The notes beneath the pieces were generated by a model, which worked only from the letters and a program-made list of their open reading frames with translations, was not told the origin of the DNA and made no database searches. 64,000 nt of DNA from an uncultured Gemmatimonadales bacterium (lineage in GTDB: Bacteria > Gemmatimonadota > Gemmatimonadetes > Longimicrobiales > RSA9): NCBI GenBank assembly GCA_963783305.1, contig CAWAMW010000002.1, positions 832,001 through 896,000 of the forward strand. The letters are read 5' to 3'. How positions within the stretch are numbered: position 1 is the stretch's first letter; each line of letters starts with the position of its first letter. Positions 57,703-64,000 of the stretch are shown piece after piece. A program made the translations under genes and the position numbers.

Positions 57703-58809
57703 CTACTCCAGCAGGCGGAGCGGCATGATCAGACAGAGGTACTCCCCACCCTCGGTGTCCGTCGGCTCGATCGTCGCCGCGCGCTCCGGTGCCTTGAAGG
57801 AGAGCTTGACCTCGTCCGTCGGCATGAAGCGCAGGACCTCGAGGAGGTAGTTCGCGTTGAAGCCGATGTCCAGCGGCTCTCCGTCGTAGCTTACCTCCAT
57901 TTCCTCGTGGGCATCGCCCAGATCCGGCGTCTCCACCGATAGACGCAGCGCCGTTCCCACGAACGACAGCCGCACCCGGTGCGTCTGCTCACTCGCCACG
58001 ACCGCCATCCGCCGCAGCGATCGCGTCAGCGTCTCCTTGTCCGCGATGGCGATCCGGTCGTTGTCCTTCGGGATCACCTGCTCGTAGTTCGGATACGGCC
58101 CCTCGATCAGGCGCGTGAAAACTCTCGTGCCGTCCTTCCTGAAGCCGAGGTGGTTCTCGCTCCGCGCCACCTCGATCTCGTCCCCTTCCTCGAACAGCCG
58201 CTGTACCTGCGCCAGCGCCTTCGGGGGCACGATCAGGTCGGCGTGAGGCGTGTCGCTCGTCTGCGCCGGAACGGCGAGCTTCGCCAGCCGATGCCCGTTC
58301 GTCGCCACCATCCGCATCTGGCCATCCGCAAGCTGCCAGAGCACCCCGTTCAGGATCGGACGACTCTCTTCCGTCGAGACCGCGAACGAGGTCCTCGCGA
58401 TCATCTCCGAGATCAGCGCCCCCTGGATCGTCCAGCTGGTGCTGAAGTCCACCTGCGGGAACGCCGGGAACTCGTCCCTCGGCATTCCGTTCAGACGGAA
58501 GGTGGCCTTCCCGCAGACGAGCTCGAACCGCTCGCCCGTGGTCGTCACCTTCGCCGGCGCCTCCGGCAGCTCCCGCGCCAGCTCCTGGAGCTTCTTGGCC
58601 GGCACCGTGATCGCTCCCGGCTCCTCCACTTCCGCCGGCACACGCAAAGCGACGGCAATGTCCAGATCCGTTCCGCTCATCTGGACTCCGCCCTCTCCGG
58701 CTTCGATCAGGATGTTCGACAGCACGGGGAGCGTTGTGCGGGTCGGTATGCTCGCGCCCACGGCGGCCAGACCCTGCTGAAGGTTGTCCCGCGTGATCGT
58801 GAATTTCAT
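57703..58809 (-). CDS. dnaN: DNA polymerase III beta clamp
   Basis: TLPVLSNILI, GTDLD, RPILNG, ATNGHRLA, GPYPNYEQVIP, GFNANYL, LIMPLRL. Confidence 0.98.
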   Translation of the reverse strand: MKFTITRDNLQQGLAAVGASIPTRTTLPVLSNILIEAGEGGVQMSGTDLDIAVALRVPAEVEEPGAITVPAKKLQELARELPEAPAKVTTTGERFELVCGKATFRLNGMPRDEFPAFPQVDFSTSWTIQGALISEMIARTSFAVSTEESRPILNGVLWQLADGQMRMVATNGHRLAKLAVPAQTSDTPHADLIVPPKALAQVQRLFEEGDEIEVARSENHLGFRKDGTRVFTRLIEGPYPNYEQVIPKDNDRIAIADKETLTRSLRRMAVVASEQTHRVRLSFVGTALRLSVETPDLGDAHEEMEVSYDGEPLDIGFNANYLLEVLRFMPTDEVKLSFKAPERAATIEPTDTEGGEYLCLIMPLRLLE

Positions 58810-59095
58810 TCGCGCCTCACGTTCGATCCTGGTCAGGTTGGACGGATATCCACACGCTAACTGCTTGTTACTCCCCTTTTCTAACTAAACCGTAGTAGTA
58901 ATAGGGGCTGTGGAAGCGTGGAGAACTGCGTCGTTCGTACCGTTTAAATGGTTGCCGTGTAACTGGTTACGGATCCCGCTGTACCTGTGGACACAGCGTG
59001 GACGCGTCCGGGGCCGAGTCCACAGAGTGAACACTTCGTCCGCCAATGTGGAAAACTTGTGCGGTTCCCACAATGCTTCAACGCGCCATTCCACG
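58810..59095. other. oriC: Chromosomal replication origin (oriC)
   Basis: Lower-GC dnaA-dnaN gap with DnaA-box-like 9-mers at 58846, 58909, 58917, 58986, 59016, 59047 (TGTGGAAAA, consensus) and 59064; TAGTAGTAATAG trios at 58893-58904. Confidence 0.9.
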
Positions 59096-60478
59096 TCATC
59101 CACCGAGCTCCGCGCGCAGTGCTTCGATGCGATCGCGCACTCCATCATCCGCCGCCATGTCCTCTTCGACCTTGTTGATCGAGTGGATCACGGTGGAGTG
59201 GTCGCGGCCGCCGAAATGGTCGCCGATGCGCGAGAGGGGGATGTCCAGGAGATCGCGCATGAGGTACATGGCGACCTGTCGCGGGACGGTGACTTCCTTC
59301 GTGCGTCGACGGGACGTCAGCGCGTCCACGGACACGCCGTACTCCGTGGCGACGCGCTGTCGGATCGCGTCCGGGGTCCGCTCCGCGCCGGGAGCGAGCA
59401 CCCCGCCCAGCGCCTCTCGGGCCAGGTCGATGGTGATGTCACGCTGCGTCAGCGACGAGTAGGCCAGGAGCTTGATGACGGCGCCCTCCAGCTCTCGTAC
59501 GTTCGAGCGGCAGTTGCGCGCGATGTACTCGAGCACCTCGTCCGGTATGACGATGTCCCCCTCTTCGGCCTTGGTACGGAGGATGGCCACCCGGGTCTCG
59601 AGGTCCGGGCTCCGGATATCGGTCACGAGCCCCCACTCGAATCGCGATACCAGCCGCTCCTCCAGCCCGGGGATCTCCTTTGGCGGACGGTCGCTCGTCA
59701 CCACGATCTGCCGCTGCGCCTCGTACAGCGCGTTGAACGTATGGAAGAACTCCTCCTGCGTACGCTCCTTCTCGCCGAGGAAGTGCACGTCGTCGATCAG
59801 GAGCAGGTCGATCTCGCGGTAGCGCCGCCGGAACTCCGACATGCGTCCTTCCTGGATCGATGCGATGAGGTCGTTCGTGAACCACTCGCTCGACACGTAG
59901 GCCACTCGCCGGTTCGGGTGCCGCTCCTTCAGGACGTGACCGATGGCGTGCATGAGGTGCGTCTTCCCCAGACCTACGCCGCCGTAGATGAAGAGGGGGT
60001 TGTACATGCGCGCGGGTGCGTCGGCTACGGCACGGGCGGCCGCGGCGGAGAGCTGGTTGTTCCCGCCCACGACGAAGCGCTCGAACGTGTAGCGCTCGTT
60101 GAGCGGCGCTCCCACCGTCTCGGGCGCGGGTACGTGTGCGGCGCCCGAGCCACGCGCGGATCCCTCCTCGCGGCCGAACTGCTGCTGGGGAGGGGGCGTC
60201 AGGGTGGATGGCCCTCGGTCCTCGCCGTCGGAATGGTGCTGGAAGGAGATCGTCAGACGTCGCCCGAGGACCTGCTCCGCCATGTCCGCCAGCATCCGGC
60301 CGTACTTGTCCTCGATCCATTCCGCGGCAAACTCGCTGCCCGCACCGACCGCCAGAAGCTCCTGCGACAGAGCCAGGGGCTCCGTCTCGGCGAGCCAGAT
60401 GCGGTAGGTGGGTTCGGGCAGCTTTTCCCGCGCTTTCTCGAGAATGCGGGACCAGGCCTCGGAAGCGGTGAGCTCCAT
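59096..60478 (-). CDS. dnaA: Chromosomal replication initiator
   Basis: YTFERFVVG, YNPLFIYGGVGLGKTHL, QEEFFHTFN, RLVSRF, NVRELEGA, FGGRDHSTV. Confidence 0.98.
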   Translation of the reverse strand: MELTASEAWSRILEKAREKLPEPTYRIWLAETEPLALSQELLAVGAGSEFAAEWIEDKYGRMLADMAEQVLGRRLTISFQHHSDGEDRGPSTLTPPPQQQFGREEGSARGSGAAHVPAPETVGAPLNERYTFERFVVGGNNQLSAAAARAVADAPARMYNPLFIYGGVGLGKTHLMHAIGHVLKERHPNRRVAYVSSEWFTNDLIASIQEGRMSEFRRRYREIDLLLIDDVHFLGEKERTQEEFFHTFNALYEAQRQIVVTSDRPPKEIPGLEERLVSRFEWGLVTDIRSPDLETRVAILRTKAEEGDIVIPDEVLEYIARNCRSNVRELEGAVIKLLAYSSLTQRDITIDLAREALGGVLAPGAERTPDAIRQRVATEYGVSVDALTSRRRTKEVTVPRQVAMYLMRDLLDIPLSRIGDHFGGRDHSTVIHSINKVEEDMAADDGVRDRIEALRAELGG

Positions 60479-60612
60479 TGCGTCGGCTGTGAGGAAAGAG
60501 CGGGCAGGATCGAGTGCCGAGCGGACCAAGCTAACCGCCGGCTCCCGGATGCGTCAACGTACGCAGGCCGCCGGCCGGCGCGCGCTCCGCGGGTGCGGAC
60601 CGGCCCACGGGC

Positions 60613-60641
60613 TTGACCCTGAACCGAAGGCCAATTACACT
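60613..60641 (+). promoter_or_regulatory. Sigma70-type promoter of rpmH
   Basis: TTGACC-N17-TACACT. A divergent TTGACG-N18-TAGCTT (60557-60528) precedes dnaA. Confidence 0.65.
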
Positions 60642-60681
60642 CCAAATCTTTGCAAATCCTGATTGAGAACGGGGCACGATC

Positions 60682-60834
60682 ATGGGCAAGCCCACATACA
60701 ACCCGCGGAACCGCAAGCGGGCCAACAAGCACGGCTTCCGCAAGCGGATGGCGACCAAGGGTGGACGGAAGACGCTGAACCGGCGACGGCAGAAGGGTCG
60801 CAAGCGCCTGGCCGTCCGCGTCAGCTCGAAGTAG
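60682..60834 (+). CDS. rpmH: 50S ribosomal protein L34
   Basis: Manual translation, not in ORF track: [50 protein letters not shown]. Confidence 0.97.
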   Translation: MGKPTYNPRNRKRANKHGFRKRMATKGGRKTLNRRRQKGRKRLAVRVSSK

Positions 60835-60845
60835 CTGGATCCCCG

Positions 60846-61229
60846 GTGACGGGCGCGCGCGAGCCGCGCGGCCGTGGCTTTCCGCGCGAGAAGAGGATCA
60901 CGCGCGGGTCCGAGATCCGGGCGCTCTTCAAACGGGGGAAACGGAGCAGAACGCCGCACCTGGACGTTCTACTCTCCGGTTCCCCCGCTTCGTTTTCGAG
61001 GGTTGGCGTGGTCGTGCCGCGGCATGGCAACAGCGCCGTGCGGAGGAACCGTGTGAAACGGCGATTGAAGGAGGCGCTCCGGCGGGAGATCCTGCCGCGC
61101 CTGGAGGCGGCGGGGGTGAACGTCGACATCATCGTTCGAGCTCGCAGGGAAGCCTACGACACATCCTACGCACGTCTGTCGAAGGAGCTCGTCCACTGGG
61201 TGGACGCCCGATGGCCCGCCTCCTCCTGA
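60846..61229 (+). CDS. rnpA: Ribonuclease P protein component
   Basis: [27 protein letters not shown]; conserved synteny. Confidence 0.93.
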   Translation: MTGAREPRGRGFPREKRITRGSEIRALFKRGKRSRTPHLDVLLSGSPASFSRVGVVVPRHGNSAVRRNRVKRRLKEALRREILPRLEAAGVNVDIIVRARREAYDTSYARLSKELVHWVDARWPASS

Positions 61230-61462
61230 GCGTCATCCGGTTCTATCGACGTGCGATCTCGCCGTCGCTGCCTCCGTCGTGTCGCTTCACGCCGACATGC
61301 TCCGCGTATGCGGAAGAGGCCGTGCGGCGACACGGCGCCCGCAGCGGCGGCTGGCTCGCTCTCAGAAGGATTCTCCGCTGCCACCCCTTCGGTGGGAGCG
61401 GTTACGACCCTGTCCCCGGTACGGACTTGGAAGATTCACACGATGACACGGTGGGCCGCTGA
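61211..61462 (+). CDS. yidD: Membrane protein insertion efficiency factor
   Basis: [31 protein letters not shown]. Confidence 0.96.
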   Translation: MARLLLSVIRFYRRAISPSLPPSCRFTPTCSAYAEEAVRRHGARSGGWLALRRILRCHPFGGSGYDPVPGTDLEDSHDDTVGR

Positions 61463-63231
61463 TGGAAGGCGCTAGATTCTTAATCGCGATCGTTCTCTCG
61501 ATCGCCGTCGTCATGATCGTCAATATCGCGTTCCCTCCCACCACGCCGTCCGTCGCAGGCGGTGCGGACTCCGTCCTGATCGACACCGTCTCCGCAGTGG
61601 TCGCGGACTCAGCGCCCGCTGCCGATTCGCTCCGCCGCGAGCCGTCGGCGCTGGAGGAGCTCGCACAACGGCCGACTCAGGCGCCCGCCGCCGCGCCGGC
61701 CGCCGCTGTCGGGAGCGCACCCGACACCTTCTGGGTCCAGACCGATGTGGCCCGGTACGGCATCTCGTCCCGCGGCGCCGCCATCGTGGCCGTGGAGCTC
61801 CTCGAGTTCGAGTCGCACACAACGCCCGGACCGGTGCAGCTCGCCGAGCCGGCCGACTCGGCGATCCTCTCCTACGGGCTGCGCATCGGCGACCGCGTCC
61901 TGCCGTTCTCCGCCCTCGCCTTCCAGGCGCCGTTCGCCGCCGGCGACACCCTCCGCGTCTCCGGCCCCGACGCCGTGGTGCGGTTCGAGGCCGACGTGAA
62001 TGGCGGTCGCGTCGAGATGGCGTACACCTTCACTCCGGAGAACTACCTGCTCCAGCTCTCAGGCTCGGTCGAGGGGATCGGGGAGAACGCCACTCTGCTC
62101 CTGGACCTCGGGCCACGCCTGGCCGTCAACGAGGCCGACTCCGCCGAGGACCTCCGCGCCCTCGCGTACGTGGTCAACGCCCGCCAGCGAGGGATCGAGA
62201 GCGTCCGCATCGAGGACATCGAAGAGCGCCGGGTCGAGGAGGGGCCGCTCTCGTGGGTGGCCATCAAGAACAAGTACTTCCTCGCCGCCGCCATTGAATG
62301 GGAGGAGGGCACTGGCGCCTTCGGCGGCCTGATCGCTGAGGGCGGTTCAGGCGGCGCCAGCACCGTGATCGCGACCCTCCCGCTCGACCGGGACGGCCGG
62401 TACAACCTACGGCTTTTCTTCGGGCCGCAGGAGTATGGGCGCCTTGCGGCCGTCGGGGATGGTCTCAAGGACGTGAACCCGTACGGCTGGCGCATTTTGC
62501 GGCCGATCATCCGCCCGGTGGCCGACATCATTACCTGGATCCTGACGGCGGTCCACGGGGCGGTTGGGCTCAGCTATGGCTGGGTGTTGATGCTGTTCGG
62601 CATCGCCATGAGAGGAATCCTGTGGCCCCTGAATGCCAAGGCGATGCGGTCCCAGCTCAAGACGATGGAGCTGCAGCCGCGGATCAAGGAGATCCAGGAG
62701 AAGTACAAGGAGAAGCCCGAGCAGCTGCAGAAGGAGATGATGCGGCTGTACAAGGAGGAGGGTTTCAATCCTCTGGGGGGCTGTCTTCCGATGCTCATCC
62801 CCTGGCCGGTCCTGATCACGCTCTTCTTCGTCTTCCAGAACACCATCGAATTTCGGGGCGTCGAGTTCCTCTGGCTGCCGGACCTTTCGGGGCCGGACCC
62901 CTACTACATCCTCCCGATCGTGCTCGGGCTCTCCATGTTCGCCCTCCAGTTCCTGAACATGCGGGCGACTGGGTCGGACAACCCGCAGCAGAAGATGCTC
63001 ATGTACTTCATGCCGGTCATGATGACCGTGATCTTCCTCAACTTCGCTTCGGGCCTCAACCTGTACTACGCGGCATCCAACGTCGCGTCACTGCCGCAGC
63101 AGCTTCAGATCATAGGGGAGCGCAAGAAGGCCAAGGCACGGATCGAGGCGAAACAGGTGGACGCGGGCGACGCGACGAAGGGCTCCGAGGGCGGCAGCAA
63201 AGGTAAAGGCCGGAGGCCCGGAAAGCGCTGA
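61462..63231 (+). CDS. yidC: Membrane protein insertase
   Basis: FFGPQ, LQPRIKEIQEKYK, NPLGGCLP, FLWLPDLS, DPYYILP, SGLNLYY. Confidence 0.96.
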   Translation: MEGARFLIAIVLSIAVVMIVNIAFPPTTPSVAGGADSVLIDTVSAVVADSAPAADSLRREPSALEELAQRPTQAPAAAPAAAVGSAPDTFWVQTDVARYGISSRGAAIVAVELLEFESHTTPGPVQLAEPADSAILSYGLRIGDRVLPFSALAFQAPFAAGDTLRVSGPDAVVRFEADVNGGRVEMAYTFTPENYLLQLSGSVEGIGENATLLLDLGPRLAVNEADSAEDLRALAYVVNARQRGIESVRIEDIEERRVEEGPLSWVAIKNKYFLAAAIEWEEGTGAFGGLIAEGGSGGASTVIATLPLDRDGRYNLRLFFGPQEYGRLAAVGDGLKDVNPYGWRILRPIIRPVADIITWILTAVHGAVGLSYGWVLMLFGIAMRGILWPLNAKAMRSQLKTMELQPRIKEIQEKYKEKPEQLQKEMMRLYKEEGFNPLGGCLPMLIPWPVLITLFFVFQNTIEFRGVEFLWLPDLSGPDPYYILPIVLGLSMFALQFLNMRATGSDNPQQKMLMYFMPVMMTVIFLNFASGLNLYYAASNVASLPQQLQIIGERKKAKARIEAKQVDAGDATKGSEGGSKGKGRRPGKR

Positions 63232-63239
63232 GCCTCCGG

Positions 63240-63515
63240 TCACCGGATGATCTCGAACCCGGCGGGGAGCGTGTCCTCGCCGGGTTCTTCTTCTTTCACC
63301 TGCTCCACGCGGGCGGCGCCGGGGCCCGAGGCGAGCTGGTCGCGAAAGGCCTCGATCGTCTTCCGGTCTCCCTCCACGACGATCCGCACGGATCCATCCT
63401 CGGCGTTGCGGACCGTGCCGCGTAACCCGTTGGCGGCAGCGGTTTTACGAGTCCACCAACGGAACCCCACTCCCTGTACCGTGCCGGTGATCCGGTACGC
63501 CCTTCGCTCCGTCAT
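63240..63515 (-). CDS. acyP: Acylphosphatase
   Basis: ITGTVQGVGFR, GTVRNAEDGSV, GPGAARV. Confidence 0.93.
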   Translation of the reverse strand: MTERRAYRITGTVQGVGFRWWTRKTAAANGLRGTVRNAEDGSVRIVVEGDRKTIEAFRDQLASGPGAARVEQVKEEEPGEDTLPAGFEIIR

Positions 63516-64000
63516 TCGGGTCTCCCACCCGTGGTACTCAGGGTCCGAATCCGGTTCAGGAAGGCCGCGAGCTCGAAGGGTCGGAACGCGGCCAGCTCGC
63601 CGATGCCGTACGGGTGGACCGCTGCGAGCCCCTGCCGCTCGATTTCCGCCATGACACGGTGGATCGCTTCCCCCATGTCCGAAGCCCCGTCCAACAGCTC
63701 TCCACACGCCCACGCTACCGCGTACGCCATGGCTCGGGTCTGCGCCGTCTCGACGATCTGCTCGACCGCGCCCAGCTCCACCGTAGTGGTGCCCAATTCG
63801 ACCCGGTCGCGCGCCCGCACCCGTACCGCCAGCGCCTTTCGGCCGCGCCGGGTATCGATGCTGGAGGGGTCCGGGGTGCGGCGCCGCAGGGGCCTCCAGG
63901 CGCCCCCTTCGGCCACCCGCTCGGTGGGGAGCGCGTCCGCGGCCGCCCGCGCCGCCGTGGTGACTTCCGCCGGGACGTACTCTCTCATCGCGATCACGGT
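63512..64000 (-). CDS. C-terminal part of a predicted ABC-class P-loop ATPase; starts beyond the window
   Basis: VIAMREY...VELGAVEQIVETAQTRA...LAAFRPFELAAFLNRIRTL resembles the C-terminus of that family. Confidence 0.65.
   Translation of the reverse strand, partial: TVIAMREYVPAEVTTAARAAADALPTERVAEGGAWRPLRRRTPDPSSIDTRRGRKALAVRVRARDRVELGTTTVELGAVEQIVETAQTRAMAYAVAWACGELLDGASDMGEAIHRVMAEIERQGLAAVHPYGIGELAAFRPFELAAFLNRIRTLSTTGGRPE

Noticed and set aside
1..64000. CRISPR arrays, rRNA and IS elements
   Set aside because: No regularly spaced repeats, rRNA signatures or transposase motifs were seen by eye.

Overview
GC-rich bacterial chromosome segment spanning the replication origin (yidC-yidD-rnpA-rpmH | dnaA-oriC-dnaN). 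The gene content (acidobacterial-type PadR plus duplicated ABC permease, many secreted peptidases) suggests Gemmatimonadota, but that is inference. About 55 CDS and one tRNA-Asn were found, with no CRISPR array, integrase or transposase. Main points: (1) a translationally coupled five-gene sphingolipid operon (CerR-like reductase, Spt, bCerS-type GNAT, AUR1/IPC-synthase-like PAP2, CPBP protease); (2) a SelW/Rdx selenoprotein with CxxU and a SECIS hairpin, missed by the ORF track and lying directly upstream of pfkA; (3) a three-gene module of adenine methyltransferase, HKD-less PLD-fold protein and SNF2-type helicase beside tRNA-Asn; (4) a hybrid histidine kinase whose extracytoplasmic sensor looks like tandem nuclease-type OB folds; (5) a 21-codon leader ORF ending Pro-Ile-Pro-stop ahead of proline dehydrogenase; (6) an orphan GyrA paralogue lacking the GyrA-box with a possible clamp-binding motif; (7) a 124-nt intergenic hairpin; (8) an oriC with DnaA-trios. 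All family calls come from motif recognition by eye; no database searches were run.
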